DNA of 64,000 bases, taken from assembly GCA_963662655.2 (NCBI GenBank), contig CAXXTU010000002.1, forward strand, positions 1,568,001 through 1,632,000. Reading direction: 5' to 3'. How positions within the stretch are numbered: position 1 is the first letter of the stretch; every line of letters starts with the position of its first letter. This DNA comes from Candidatus Cloacimonadales bacterium. GTDB taxonomy: Bacteria > Cloacimonadota > Cloacimonadia > Cloacimonadales > JAIOQZ01. Positions 29,805-40,445 of this stretch are shown here, in pieces. The notes beneath the pieces are model-generated. The model searched no databases and was not told the origin of the DNA. It was given only the letters and a program-made list of their open reading frames with translations. The translations under genes and the position numbers were made by a program.

Positions 29805-29944
29805 GATGTATATGACGGCAAGTGATCATCTTCAATGACCCCGGGGCTTCCTGCAAGAAGTGCCGGGAATATTTTTCTGCTCCGCGCATTTTTTCTTGAC
29901 ACGAAAGCGAAGAAAATGTTTTTTGCAAATCACCGAACGCAAGG

Positions 29945-30020
29945 GGCGGGATAGCTCAGTTGGTAGAGCAGAGGCCTGAAAAGCCTTGTGTCCCCAGTTC
30001 AAGTCTGGGTCCTGCCACCA
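29945..30020 (+). tRNA. tRNA-Phe (GAA)
   Basis: GGCGGGA/TCCTGCC acceptor stem, GCTC/GAGC D arm, GAGGC-CTGAAAA-GCCTT anticodon arm, CCCAG-TTCAAGT-CTGGG T arm, encoded CCA; 76 nt. Confidence 0.97.
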
Positions 30021-30026
30021 TAGATT

Positions 30027-30053
30027 AAAGGCGCTGTAACAGCGCCTTTTTTT
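30027..30053 (+). terminator. intrinsic terminator after tRNA-Phe
   Basis: aaaggcgctg-taa-cagcgcctttttt. Confidence 0.8.
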
Positions 30054-30101
30054 CTTGCTATTTTTCAGTGATTTACCAATCTATGTTTCGAGGTTAACAA
30101 A

Positions 30102-31646
30102 ATGGCACAATATCAGATAAAGAACGTATCACACCCGCTTACAGCAAATCCCGACTTCGTTCAGGCAGCCGCGGTAAAATTGAGATTGCCGGAAGAGCAG
30201 CTCAAGAATTGCAAGATTCTCCGCAGATCGCTGGACGCCCGAAAGAAAAACCAACTCCGCTGGATATTCACCCTTCTTGTCGAGTTCGATGGAACTCCAC
30301 GCCCCCATCCGGACATTGTCCCGTATGCACAAAAGCCGGTGGAAGAACTTGTAGAGAAAAAGCTTTCCGGCGAAAACCCTGTAATCATCGGTGCGGGGCC
30401 CTCCGGACTCTTTGCCGCGCTGGCAATGGTCAGAAAAGGCCTCAAGCCCTGGATATTCGATCGCGGAGACGCACTGCCGGAGCGCATCGAGAAAACGGAG
30501 ACCTTCTGGCGCACCGGGGAACTCGATCCGGAATCGAACGCCCAGTACGGCGAAGGCGGCGCGGGAACTTTCTCCGATGGGAAACTGACCGCTCGCTCCC
30601 GTGACGGATTCTCCGAGGATGTGTTCAACGCACTGATTCAATTCGGCGCACCGGAGGATATCAGCATCGATTCGCATCCGCATCTCGGCTCCGACGGCAT
30701 CCGCGAGGTTATCGGTCGGATGAGAAGTTGGATGGAAGAGCAAGGCTGCCGCTTCTTCTGGCGGCATCGACTGACGGATATCACCATCGAGAACAATCGC
30801 ATCACCCGCATAAAAGTCGGAGATATGGAAATCTCGCCGGAAGCCGTCGTCATCGCACCGGGAAATTCCGCAAGAGACACCTTCCGGCTCCTTTACGACA
30901 GGAACGTTCTTCTCGAGTCGAAGCCATTCGCTGTCGGTTTCCGCATCGAACACCCCCGCAATTTCATCGATCATGTCTTCTACGGCGAACGAACCGATTT
31001 CAGCCTGTCTGGCGCAGCGACCTATCGCATGACGGCCAAGGCGGGACCTTACGGAGTATACACTTTCTGCATGTGCCCGGGCGGAGACGTCATCGCCGCA
31101 GCCTCGGAGGAAGGATATCAGGTGACCAACGGAATGAGCAATTCCGCGCGGGACGCCTTCTTCTCCAACAGCGCCGTCGTGGTGACGGTCAACGAACAGA
31201 ACTTCGGTAAAAACGTGCTTGCAGGGATCGAGTTCCAGCGCAGGATCGAGAAGAAATGTTTCAACGACTCCATGCCCTATTTCGCACCATCGCAATCCGC
31301 CGGGGAGTTCTGCAATATGCGCAAGGCAAACCTTGCACGAGCCTCTTACCGGCCAGGAACCTTTGGCTTCGATCTGAAGACCATCTATCCGAAAGACCTT
31401 ACCCGGGCCCTGCAAACAGGCCTCAAGCACTTCGAGCAACTGGTTCCGGGATTCGTCACCCGAGGCGTCTTGATCGCGCCGGAGACCCGTACATCGTCCC
31501 CGGTTCGCATCCTGCGACGCAAGGACGACGGAGCATCCGTCTCCTGCGAAAACCTCTTCCCCATCGGTGAAGGCTCGGGATACGCCGGAGGCATCGTAAG
31601 TAGCGCTGCCGACGGTTATAAATTGGGAATCAGCTTCGGTATATAA
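30102..31646 (+). CDS. NAD(P)/FAD-dependent oxidoreductase (uncharacterised conserved family)
   Basis: IIGAGPSGL, GEGGAGTFSDGKL, PHLGSD, FCMCPGG, ETRTSSPVRI, GEGSGYAGGI. Confidence 0.88.
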   Translation: MAQYQIKNVSHPLTANPDFVQAAAVKLRLPEEQLKNCKILRRSLDARKKNQLRWIFTLLVEFDGTPRPHPDIVPYAQKPVEELVEKKLSGENPVIIGAGPSGLFAALAMVRKGLKPWIFDRGDALPERIEKTETFWRTGELDPESNAQYGEGGAGTFSDGKLTARSRDGFSEDVFNALIQFGAPEDISIDSHPHLGSDGIREVIGRMRSWMEEQGCRFFWRHRLTDITIENNRITRIKVGDMEISPEAVVIAPGNSARDTFRLLYDRNVLLESKPFAVGFRIEHPRNFIDHVFYGERTDFSLSGAATYRMTAKAGPYGVYTFCMCPGGDVIAAASEEGYQVTNGMSNSARDAFFSNSAVVVTVNEQNFGKNVLAGIEFQRRIEKKCFNDSMPYFAPSQSAGEFCNMRKANLARASYRPGTFGFDLKTIYPKDLTRALQTGLKHFEQLVPGFVTRGVLIAPETRTSSPVRILRRKDDGASVSCENLFPIGEGSGYAGGIVSSAADGYKLGISFGI

Positions 31647-31691
31647 GATATTGCTCAATCGAAAACGATGATCAGACGCAAGGAGAAGCCC

Positions 31692-32342
31692 ATGCAGAGA
31701 GAGATCAAGGTTATGCAGAAAATCCTGAACACCAACGACACGATCGCGCAACAGCTTCGTGAGAATCTGAGAAAGCGGGGAATCACGTTCGTCAACATGA
31801 TCAGCGCACCCGGTTCCGGCAAGACGAGCCTCATCGAGGCGACCGCCGGCAAGACGGACAAAAGACTGTTCGTGATCGAAGGGGACATCCAGACAACTTT
31901 AGACGCTGAGCGGGTATCGGGCAAGGGAATCGGAACATACCAGATCAATACCGGTCTCTTTGGGGGTTCGTGCCATCTGGAGGCCGATTGGATTCGCGCA
32001 GCGCTCGATGAAGTCAGTCTCGACGACATCGATATTCTGTTCGTCGAGAACATCGGGAACCTGGTGTGCCCCGCCGAGTTCGATATCGGAGCACACCATG
32101 GCGTGCTCCTCCTCAGCGTGACGGAGGGCGAAGACAAACCACTGAAATACCCCCTGGCCTTCCAGGTAACGCACACATGCGTCATCACGAAAACGGACCT
32201 CCTGCCCTATCTCGATATCGATATCAAGAGAATTCGCGAGAACATCAAGAAGGTCAATCCCGACATGAGGATCATCGAGTGTTCAACGAAAACTGGAGCA
32301 GGATTGGACCCTTGGCTTCGGCTCCTGAATGAAATAGGGTAA
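31692..32342 (+). CDS. hypB: hydrogenase nickel incorporation GTPase HypB
   Basis: SAPGSGKTSL, IEGDIQT, CHLEA, ENIGNLVCPAEFDIG, SVTEGEDKPLKYP, TKTDL. Confidence 0.92.
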   Translation: MQREIKVMQKILNTNDTIAQQLRENLRKRGITFVNMISAPGSGKTSLIEATAGKTDKRLFVIEGDIQTTLDAERVSGKGIGTYQINTGLFGGSCHLEADWIRAALDEVSLDDIDILFVENIGNLVCPAEFDIGAHHGVLLLSVTEGEDKPLKYPLAFQVTHTCVITKTDLLPYLDIDIKRIRENIKKVNPDMRIIECSTKTGAGLDPWLRLLNEIG

Positions 32343-32706
32343 CGCTCATCGGTTCCCTTCATCAATGTTTCTTCCAATATATTCTCGTAGCCAGTTCTCG
32401 TCTTGTAGAAAAGCTATCGTTCTCGTATAGTCAAACCATTCGTAGCATGAAAAGGCATTTTTTTTACGAGAATCCCCGCATGGAATTGCGTTAACCATTG
32501 CTCATTTTTAGCGACGACCCATTGAACATGATTCTGCGTTGACGCATACATATTCAGAAATCATTCCCAGTGATTTCACCTTACGACAAACGCTATTTAT
32601 TGAGCCGTGCTCACTATCTTTCACAAAAGCCCCAGTCAAACTTTTTTGATTGACACGATTCATACAACGACCTCATGTATGGTTATTTACACCAGCTGGA
32701 GGTACT

Positions 32707-34890
32707 ATGGATTCGATTAACCAATCATCGAACAAGTCACGATTGTTCTCTTGGCTATCTCTGGTCGTTATGCTCCTGATGTTCATCCTGGGAATCACCG
32801 CTATCGTTCAAACAGGCTCACAAAGCGGCGTTACAGGCTCATTCTCGTCCTCCTTTTCCTGGCTCACACTCTACATTGTCGCTTGCTTAATTGGCCTGGG
32901 AATCAACTTCTATTTCATTTTATCGGCATTCGGGAAACAGAAATGCCAGATCAAAACGCTTCACGACGAAGCCTGCGCAATGGCAAAAGCAATAGAATCC
33001 GGCAATCTCTCCTATCGAGCAAATACGCAGAATGTCTGTAGGGAATACCAGGCGATCCTCGAATGCTGCAATATTATCCTCGATACCTACAACGAACCCC
33101 TGAAGCTCATGCAGAGCCACATCGAGAGCATCGCCTCCGGTGAGATTCCGCCCATCATCGAGAAGAAGTACGAAGGCGAACTCGATCTCATCCGGCTCAG
33201 CATCAATAAAGCGACGCGCGTCACGGAGAATCTCCTTTCCGAGGCAAGGCTGCTTATCATCGCTATCAAGGCCGGCAAGCTCGATGTTCGCGGCGACTGG
33301 TCTAAATTCGAGAATCGCTGGGCGAAGCTGATCTACGGCATCAACGAAGTAGTCGAGAACTTCGTTGCGCCGATACAGATCACCTCCGAGAAGATTCTGG
33401 CGATCAGCAAAGGTGAAATCCCCGCGAAGGTGGATCAAGCGTTCGAGGGTGATTTCAATATCCTCATCACCAGCATCAATACCGCTATTGACGGCCTGCA
33501 AGCGCTCAAGAACGCCAAACAAATCCTTCAAAAGGTAGCCGTGAACGATCTCACATCACGGGCTTCAGAGAACTATCATGGGATATTCAACGATATCTCA
33601 CAGGCGGTGAACGAGGTCATCACGAATCTTGTAAGCATTCAACACGTGGCCGAGAACATCTCCGCCGGCAACCTGAAAGACCTCAAGGAATTCAAGAGCA
33701 TCAAGAAGCTGTCCCCAAACGATAAAATTACGCCCTCTTTCCAGGCAATGATCGCCGCGATAAATTCAATGGTCGAAGAGGCCCGTGCGCTCATGCGTGC
33801 AGCCCTGGAAGGAAACCTGAACGAACGTGCCGACCTCGAGCTGTATCAGGGAGAGTTCCGCACGGTCATCAGCGGTATCAACCAGATCATGAACGCAATC
33901 CTCAAGCCCATCGAGGAAGTGATGGAGGTGATGGAACGCATGGCGGAAAAAGAGCTCACATGCCGCGTCGAGGGAAATTATCGCGGAGAGCTCGCGGAGT
34001 TCAAGGACAACGTGAATTTCGCGGCGGAGAATCTCAGGCTTGCCCTTGAGCAGGTTGGAGCATCCGTAATGCAGATCGATTCGGCTTCCATCCAGATATC
34101 CGACGGCGCGCAGAGCCTCGCCCAGGGTGCATCCCAGCAAGCCGAGTCGCTTCATACGGTTACATCCAACGTCAAAGAGATGGATCGCCTTACCCGGCAT
34201 AACAGCGAAAACGCGGACGTGGGCGCAAAACTCTCCCAGGAGACCATCGATAAAGTCGAATCAGGAGCCGAGGCGATGACCCGGATGAACCAGGCCATTT
34301 CGGCAATCGCGCTTTCCTCGGAGGAAACCGGTAAGATACTGAAAACCATCGATGAAATCGCGTTTCAAACCAATCTCTTAGCGCTGAACGCAGCCGTCGA
34401 AGCCGCGCGAGCGGGAACGGCGGGAAAGGGATTCGCCGTTGTCGCGGAAGAGGTTAAGAATCTGGCGCAGCGCAGCGCGGCGGCAGCGCGAGACACCGGT
34501 AAGTTGATCGAGGAATCCAAAATAAACGCGCAGCACGGTGTATCGATTGTGCAGGCGGCGACGGAACAGTTTGTGGAGATCAAAACGAGCATCGAGAAGG
34601 TGAACGGGATCATCCAGCAGGTGAGCGAGATTTCAAAGGCGCAGACAAGCGAGCTGGGCACGATCAACGCTGCGATCAGCGAGCTGAATCAGGTTACCCA
34701 AACCAACGCGGCCAACGCAGAGGAATCTTCCAGCGCTTCGGAGGAATTGCGCAGCCAGGCTCACGAACTCAAGGCGATGGTCGGGCAATTCGACATCCGC
34801 AACTGCAACAAGGAACAAGTCGAAGTAAGAAGACTCCCAGAGCCCGTAAAGAGGTTCTCGAACTACGAGCTCATCGAGCAGGATGAGTAA
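32707..34890 (+). CDS. methyl-accepting chemotaxis protein with poly-HAMP region
   Basis: Two TM helices, repeated HAMP-like units, [31 protein letters not shown] signalling tip. Confidence 0.93.
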   Translation: MDSINQSSNKSRLFSWLSLVVMLLMFILGITAIVQTGSQSGVTGSFSSSFSWLTLYIVACLIGLGINFYFILSAFGKQKCQIKTLHDEACAMAKAIESGNLSYRANTQNVCREYQAILECCNIILDTYNEPLKLMQSHIESIASGEIPPIIEKKYEGELDLIRLSINKATRVTENLLSEARLLIIAIKAGKLDVRGDWSKFENRWAKLIYGINEVVENFVAPIQITSEKILAISKGEIPAKVDQAFEGDFNILITSINTAIDGLQALKNAKQILQKVAVNDLTSRASENYHGIFNDISQAVNEVITNLVSIQHVAENISAGNLKDLKEFKSIKKLSPNDKITPSFQAMIAAINSMVEEARALMRAALEGNLNERADLELYQGEFRTVISGINQIMNAILKPIEEVMEVMERMAEKELTCRVEGNYRGELAEFKDNVNFAAENLRLALEQVGASVMQIDSASIQISDGAQSLAQGASQQAESLHTVTSNVKEMDRLTRHNSENADVGAKLSQETIDKVESGAEAMTRMNQAISAIALSSEETGKILKTIDEIAFQTNLLALNAAVEAARAGTAGKGFAVVAEEVKNLAQRSAAAARDTGKLIEESKINAQHGVSIVQAATEQFVEIKTSIEKVNGIIQQVSEISKAQTSELGTINAAISELNQVTQTNAANAEESSSASEELRSQAHELKAMVGQFDIRNCNKEQVEVRRLPEPVKRFSNYELIEQDE

Positions 34891-34896
34891 GAAGCG

Positions 34897-36564
34897 TTAC
34901 TGATAGTTTCTCAGCGCTTCGGCGATATTCAGGGAGTGATCCCCGATGTGTTCGAGATGCCTGAGGAGATCGATATAAAGCAATTCAGCCCGTACATCAG
35001 CGCCTTCGTGGATGCGATTACGGGCTCCTTTTTTCAGCTTGTTCCGGGACTGATCGACCTTCTTCTCAAGCTCCTGCGCGAGGCAGAGTTCATCCTCGCT
35101 AAGGTGGCGAATCATGCGCTCCTGAACGAAGGAGAGGAATCTCACGACGATCTCGGAGAAAGCCCTGATCTCCTCATCCGCTTTCGGATGAAGCTGAATC
35201 TTTTTATGGCGCTTCTTCTCGATGAGTAGTATCAGCCGGAACGCGCTGTCCGCGATGTTTTCCAGCTCATGTACCATACGCAGCATACTGTTGACGTTGT
35301 TCATCGTCTTCTCGCCGCCACCCTCTTCCATACAATGCACAAGGAAGAGCGATATCTGCTCCTGCATCTGGTCGGTATAATCTTCCCGTTGCTTGATCTC
35401 GTCGACCACCTCGCCCATGCGCTTGTCCGGATTATGGAACACTTCCAGGGCGTCGAGAACCATCTTGCCGCTGATTTGAGCCATCTTTTTGATCTCGGAT
35501 TGGGCTTTGAAGAGGTTCATTTGCACGGTGTCCTGCAAACCGGAAGATAGGTAAACCAGCTTGTAGACTCGCGATGCCTCCTCTTTCTTCTCCTTCACCA
35601 GTCGCTTGACGAGTGCGGCGAACGGAGGGATGAACGGGAGGAATATCAATGTATTCGTAATATTGAAAACTGTGTGGAACAGCGAAAGGTTTAGCGGGAG
35701 ATTCTCTTGAAGCGTGGAATCCCACGGCGCGAGCCATGTGACGAACCGGAGAAACGGAAGGAACAGCACCGTCATCCAGAGGACTCCGAACACGTTGAAC
35801 AAGAAGTGCGCTCTAGCTGCTCTCCGGGCGTGCACGTTCGTTCCGATCGACGCCAGATAAGCCGTAATGGTTGTTCCGATGTTCTCGCCCAGGACAATCG
35901 CGGCCGCCGTCGGGAAATCGATCCAGCCCTTGAACGCCATCGTGACCGTCACCGCCATCGCCGCGCTGGACGACTGAACAATGACCGTCAGTACCGTTCC
36001 GACAGCGACAAAAATAACGTACGACCAGAATCCCATGCTCGCGTAGTCCTTCAGGAATTCCAGAACTTCAGGATGATTCTTGATATCCGGCACCGAATCT
36101 TTCAGGAAGGTGAGTCCGAGGAAGAGCAGACCAAAACCAACCAGGATCATTCCGAGATCCTTGCGGCTGTGCTTCTTCGAAAGGATGAATGGGAATCCGA
36201 TACCGATGATGGGGATGGCGATCGCGCTGATCTTGAACTTGAACCCGAAGAAAGAAACGATCCAGGTGGTAACGGTCGTACCGATATTCGCGCCCATGAT
36301 CACGCCGATTGCCTGCTCGAGATTCAACAGCATGGCGTTGACGAAGCTGACGACCATCACCGTCGTTGCTGATGACGATTGCACCAGCGCGGTTATAATG
36401 AAGCCGGTGAACACCGCGACCATGCGATTGCGCGTCATGAAATTCATGATGGACTGCATCCGCTCGCCGGCAAGCTTTTGGATGCCGTCGCTCATGATGC
36501 GCATTCCATAAAGGAATACCCCTAAAGAACCTAACAGATGCAACAACGATACGATAAAACTCAT
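34897..36564 (-). CDS. Na/Pi cotransporter family protein with PhoU-like C-terminus
   Basis: Two QSSSA motifs, GANIGTT/GENIGTT, ELENIAD and LEHIGDH. Confidence 0.92.
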   Translation of the reverse strand: MSFIVSLLHLLGSLGVFLYGMRIMSDGIQKLAGERMQSIMNFMTRNRMVAVFTGFIITALVQSSSATTVMVVSFVNAMLLNLEQAIGVIMGANIGTTVTTWIVSFFGFKFKISAIAIPIIGIGFPFILSKKHSRKDLGMILVGFGLLFLGLTFLKDSVPDIKNHPEVLEFLKDYASMGFWSYVIFVAVGTVLTVIVQSSSAAMAVTVTMAFKGWIDFPTAAAIVLGENIGTTITAYLASIGTNVHARRAARAHFLFNVFGVLWMTVLFLPFLRFVTWLAPWDSTLQENLPLNLSLFHTVFNITNTLIFLPFIPPFAALVKRLVKEKKEEASRVYKLVYLSSGLQDTVQMNLFKAQSEIKKMAQISGKMVLDALEVFHNPDKRMGEVVDEIKQREDYTDQMQEQISLFLVHCMEEGGGEKTMNNVNSMLRMVHELENIADSAFRLILLIEKKRHKKIQLHPKADEEIRAFSEIVVRFLSFVQERMIRHLSEDELCLAQELEKKVDQSRNKLKKGARNRIHEGADVRAELLYIDLLRHLEHIGDHSLNIAEALRNYQ

Positions 36565-36726
36565 TTCACTCTCCCGAAGCCAAACTTATGTGCTTTGTGT
36601 TAGGAAGCAAACACAACGTCAACAAGAAAATCGTGAAAGGTAGAATGGACTCGACAAGAACTACAGATAAACGCAGGTATAAGTTTATATAAGGGAATCG
36701 TTTTTTTCTGAACAACCCTCGTGAAT

Positions 36727-37407
36727 CTACTCGAACGCGATCAGTTTCCCGGTTGGAATTATAAGATGTCCTAAATGATCCGCAATCTTATGTGCGTCCC
36801 GTTCAAGAAGTTCCCACTCCGATTTCGAATAATCGTCCCGAACCGCGAAGACCTTCATCCCCGCATTGATAGCAGCCAGCACGCCCGCATGAACATCCTC
36901 GAAAACCAGGCAACGCTCCGGCTCCACATTCATGTGGTTCGCGGCGGCCAGGAAGATATCGGGGAACGGTTTCCCACGGAGATCGCCCTCTCCGGCGATA
37001 ATAACATCGAAGAAGTTCAGGATGCCGTTTGCCTTGAGAACCGTTTCCGCCAGAAACTTCGAATTGCTGGTCCCCACCGACATACGGATGTCGTTGTCGT
37101 CGAGAAGCGCCAGCAGCTCCAGCGCGCCGGGCTTCAAGCCAACGTCGTGCTTGTAGTGATGCGCAACCATGTCGGTCCACTCAGCGATGATCTCCTCCGG
37201 CGTCTCCGGGAGTCCGAACTTCGCCTTGAAATAGATCGCGACTTCATAGAAGCTGTTCCCGTCTTCCATATCCTTGAAAAGGTTGTCCGGCACCGCGATA
37301 CCGCGCTTTTCGAGGAACTCCACATCGACCTGCGTCCAGATCCCCATCGAGTCGATGAGCGTTCCGTCCAGATCGAAGATTACCGCGTCGATTATTCTTT
37401 TCATCAT
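36727..37407 (-). CDS. HAD family phosphatase (beta-PGM/Cof-like, IA)
   Basis: IFDLDGTLIDS, GKPFPDIF, VFED; true start MMKRII overlaps the phnE-like stop (ATGA). Confidence 0.88.
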   Translation of the reverse strand: MMKRIIDAVIFDLDGTLIDSMGIWTQVDVEFLEKRGIAVPDNLFKDMEDGNSFYEVAIYFKAKFGLPETPEEIIAEWTDMVAHHYKHDVGLKPGALELLALLDDNDIRMSVGTSNSKFLAETVLKANGILNFFDVIIAGEGDLRGKPFPDIFLAAANHMNVEPERCLVFEDVHAGVLAAINAGMKVFAVRDDYSKSEWELLERDAHKIADHLGHLIIPTGKLIAFE

Positions 37408-38396
37408 ATATCCAGTAGTTTTGCTCTGACCTTCCCACTCACCAGGTCCATGAGCCACACGGTGAGAGCAATTAGCCAGATGATTACGCCGACATTGCGC
37501 CAGGCGAGCATTTGCTGCTGCTGCTGAAGCGCGAGTCCGATACCGCCACCGCCAACGAAACCGACGATGGTCGCCATGCGGACGTTGATATCCCAGCGAT
37601 AGATTGTGAATGCCAGAAATGGGGACAGTATCTGCGGGATCACCGCGTACCACCATACCCAGAATCCGCCCGATCCCGTGGCCTTGATCGCCTCGACCGG
37701 TCCTGGATCGATGTTCTCGATCTGCTCGGAATAGAGCTTCGTCAGCGCCGCTACAGAGTGGATCATCAGGGCCAGCATACCGGCGAATGGTCCGATTCCT
37801 ACCCACACGGAGAAAATGATCGCCCATACGATTGCCTCCACCGACCGGAACACCGTGGCGATGGTGCGCACCAGAAGATATACACTATTTCCAAGCCAGG
37901 TGCGGGGCATGAGGTTGCGTGAGGCGAGAAAACTGAAGCCGAACGCGAACGGGATCGCGAATACCGTTGCCAGAAACGCGAGGTAGATGGTCTCCGCAAG
38001 CGCTTTGAGAAGCGGCATGAGCAGCGAAAGGTTCGGCTGGAAGATTCCAGACACGATATGCTGTGCGTTGCCGGCCCGGGTGAAAAACTTGTACGGATCG
38101 ATCTCCACCAGCACCCAGCCAACCACGAACGTCAGCACGACGGAGAGAATGATCGTCCACGAACCGATGCTGCGGAACCAGGAGAGCTCCTTCCTGCCCA
38201 TGATCGTGCGTGTACCCGGGCTGTCGCCAATCGCGTTGAAAACAACCGCCGGAATCCACCCGAACAAAGCGTAATACCATATATCGCCCGAAGGCTGAAA
38301 CCATTTCTGCACGAGGTACGTGATACATCCGCCCAGATAGATCCACAAGAGGATGTCCAGGCCCATTGCCTGGGTTCGTTTCTTCTGACCCTTCAT
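37404..38396 (-). CDS. phnE: phosphonate/phosphite ABC permease (PhnE/PtxC-like)
   Basis: ETIYLAF, GIGPFAGMLAL, KLYSEQIENIDPGPVEAIKATG, YRWDINVR. Confidence 0.85.
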   Translation of the reverse strand: MKGQKKRTQAMGLDILLWIYLGGCITYLVQKWFQPSGDIWYYALFGWIPAVVFNAIGDSPGTRTIMGRKELSWFRSIGSWTIILSVVLTFVVGWVLVEIDPYKFFTRAGNAQHIVSGIFQPNLSLLMPLLKALAETIYLAFLATVFAIPFAFGFSFLASRNLMPRTWLGNSVYLLVRTIATVFRSVEAIVWAIIFSVWVGIGPFAGMLALMIHSVAALTKLYSEQIENIDPGPVEAIKATGSGGFWVWWYAVIPQILSPFLAFTIYRWDINVRMATIVGFVGGGGIGLALQQQQQMLAWRNVGVIIWLIALTVWLMDLVSGKVRAKLLDI

Positions 38397-39154
38397 CGGA
38401 TTTCCACCTCCTCGGCATCCTCCCCGTATATCGACCGGAACCGCTCGTTATCGACGGTCTTCGGATCGCCGTCGTAAACAATCTGGCCATCCTTGAGCGC
38501 GACAACCCGCGAACCGTACTTACGCGCCAGGCTCAGAAAGTGCAGCGAGCATATCACGGTAATTCCGTCATTCCTGTTCAGCTCGCCCAAGTAGCGCATG
38601 ACCGTATCCGCCGTGGCCGGATCGAGGCTTGCTACCGGCTCGTCCGCCAGAATCAATTGCGGCTCCTGCATCAGCGCTCTAGCTATCGCCACGCGCTGCT
38701 GTTGCCCGCCACTGAGGTTACGCACCTGACGCCTGGCGTAATCGGATAAACCCACGCGCTTCAGCGCTGTTTGCGCTCGTTCGACTTCCGCTCGCTTCCA
38801 TGGAAGAAACAGAGCCCCGAGTCCATCCTGATAACCCAACCGGCCCGTCAGGACGTTGGTCAGAACGCTCAGATTCCGAATCAGATTGAACTGCTGGAAG
38901 ATCATACCGATGCGGTGGCGGATTCTACGCAACTCCTTGCTCCTGGCGGTCTCGACATGCTGGTCGTTGAAAACGATCTCACCGCTGGACGGTTCGATCA
39001 GCCGATTCAAGCAACGGAGCAGTGTTGATTTCCCCGAGCCGGAGAGTCCCAGCAAGATCACAAACTCCCCCGCTTTCACATCGAGGTCGATCCCCTTGAG
39101 GGCGTGCGTGCCATCCGCGTAGTATTTATGTAACGACTTGATTTTTAGCATCAT
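38393..39154 (-). CDS. phnC: phosphonate ABC ATP-binding protein
   Basis: [47 protein letters not shown]. Confidence 0.88.
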   Translation of the reverse strand: MMLKIKSLHKYYADGTHALKGIDLDVKAGEFVILLGLSGSGKSTLLRCLNRLIEPSSGEIVFNDQHVETARSKELRRIRHRIGMIFQQFNLIRNLSVLTNVLTGRLGYQDGLGALFLPWKRAEVERAQTALKRVGLSDYARRQVRNLSGGQQQRVAIARALMQEPQLILADEPVASLDPATADTVMRYLGELNRNDGITVICSLHFLSLARKYGSRVVALKDGQIVYDGDPKTVDNERFRSIYGEDAEEVEIR

Positions 39155-39157
39155 CAG

Positions 39158-40060
39158 CTACTTGATGAAGGATTCCGCCGACAATTGCAACGTTTCGAGC
39201 GTGTTGCGCACAACATCGTAATCGCTGTCGTCAGCAGGCACGAAGCCGTCGATCTCGTACAGGGTCTTGAGAATCTCGTGTCCCTTTTCGTCCTCTGCAA
39301 TCTTTAAAAGCGCCTGAACGATCTGCTGCTTCATCTCTTCCGGGAAATCCACACGGAACGTTACGGTGTCGTTGGGAATCCAATCGGTGAATCCGATGGG
39401 AACAACCTTCTCCATCACGTCGGGACGCGTCTCGAGCACGTGAAGACGGGCATCCTGAGGTTCCCCGTCTTTCGGGGGCGACCAGTAAGTGCACCCGACA
39501 TCCGCGTTTCCTTCGTACACCGCGATGACAGCCTGCGGATGTCCGCCGGTGAAGAAGAATTTTGCCGGTTCGATGCCCTTCTGCTTCAAGAGCGCGGAAG
39601 GATAGATATGCCCGGAGGTCGATGCCGCATCCGTATACGCAACGACCTTACCCGCGATGTCCTCTATCGATTCGATGCCGCTGTCGGCCCGTGCCACAAA
39701 TTCACCCTTGTATTCCTTCAAGCCGTTCCGAACTACCGTCAGACCGACCTGCGCGTTATACTTCTGATTAGCCAGCACATAAGCAAAAGTCGCCAGCCAT
39801 GCCACGTCCGTCTCGCCCGTATTCATCGCTTCAATTACCGCCGCGTAACTGGTTGGAACGCCCACCTTGAAATGAAGACCCGTCTCGGCCTCGAGCAACT
39901 CCGCAATCGCATTCGCGCCCGTTATCACCCGTCCGGCTTCCATCGAAGGAACAAAGTACATCTTTATGGGGTTCCCCTCGGTTCCCAACGCGGCCTTCTC
40001 CCCACCGCATCCCGCGACAAGTAGAACACCCGCTATAATGATCCACGTGATAAATTTCAT
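39158..40060 (-). CDS. phnD: phosphate/phosphite/phosphonate ABC substrate-binding lipoprotein
   Basis: Lipobox LVAGC; SYAAVIEAM; STSGHIYP; GGH; IPND. Confidence 0.85.
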   Translation of the reverse strand: MKFITWIIIAGVLLVAGCGGEKAALGTEGNPIKMYFVPSMEAGRVITGANAIAELLEAETGLHFKVGVPTSYAAVIEAMNTGETDVAWLATFAYVLANQKYNAQVGLTVVRNGLKEYKGEFVARADSGIESIEDIAGKVVAYTDAASTSGHIYPSALLKQKGIEPAKFFFTGGHPQAVIAVYEGNADVGCTYWSPPKDGEPQDARLHVLETRPDVMEKVVPIGFTDWIPNDTVTFRVDFPEEMKQQIVQALLKIAEDEKGHEILKTLYEIDGFVPADDSDYDVVRNTLETLQLSAESFIK

Positions 40061-40155
40061 GATAACTCCACAAAAAAAATTTCATGACAACAAAACCAAT
40101 CTACACCCAAGCAAGCAAGTTATTTTCTCGTGAATCAAATCCGGGTAATCTACGA

Positions 40156-40289
40156 GGCGCGAGCGGATTTGTTCGATCTCCCTTTTCGCCGTGGTGTTTC
40201 ACGACGGAGTAGTTCTTCATATCATTTTTTGTTTACGGAGTCGTGGTATATCCACGGCGAAAAGGGAGATCGGGCAAAGATGCCGCGCC
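40156..40289 (+). repeat. dispersed covarying hairpin element, copy 5
   Basis: Outer ggcgcg/cgcgcc; TTTGTTC/GGGCAAA compensatory variant; perfect 20-bp gatctcccttttcgccgtgg/ccacggcgaaaagggagatc. Confidence 0.9.
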
Positions 40290-40445
40290 GGTCGGACACA
40301 GCAAGTAACATAGCTCGCTCTTCTCCCCGTCCTGCTAATCTCGCTAATCCCGTAAATTCTGATTCAAACAATCTCTCCTCGAAACAGAGTAGCGCCTATT
40401 ACGTTTACCCGTTATACTATATTGATATTCACAGGAATCAATAGA

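Noticed and set aside
29945..30020. tRNA-Phe as an integration site for an island
   Set aside because: No duplicated tRNA 3' end or integrase was seen in the window.
32430..32460. c-di-GMP-I riboswitch upstream of the MCP (CAAACCATTCG)
   Set aside because: The GAAA tetraloop, GACGCAAAGC segment and P2 stem are missing.
36727..37827. Track ORF with long N-terminal extension on the HAD gene
   Set aside because: The extension overlaps phnE in another frame; the real start is MMKRII at 37407.
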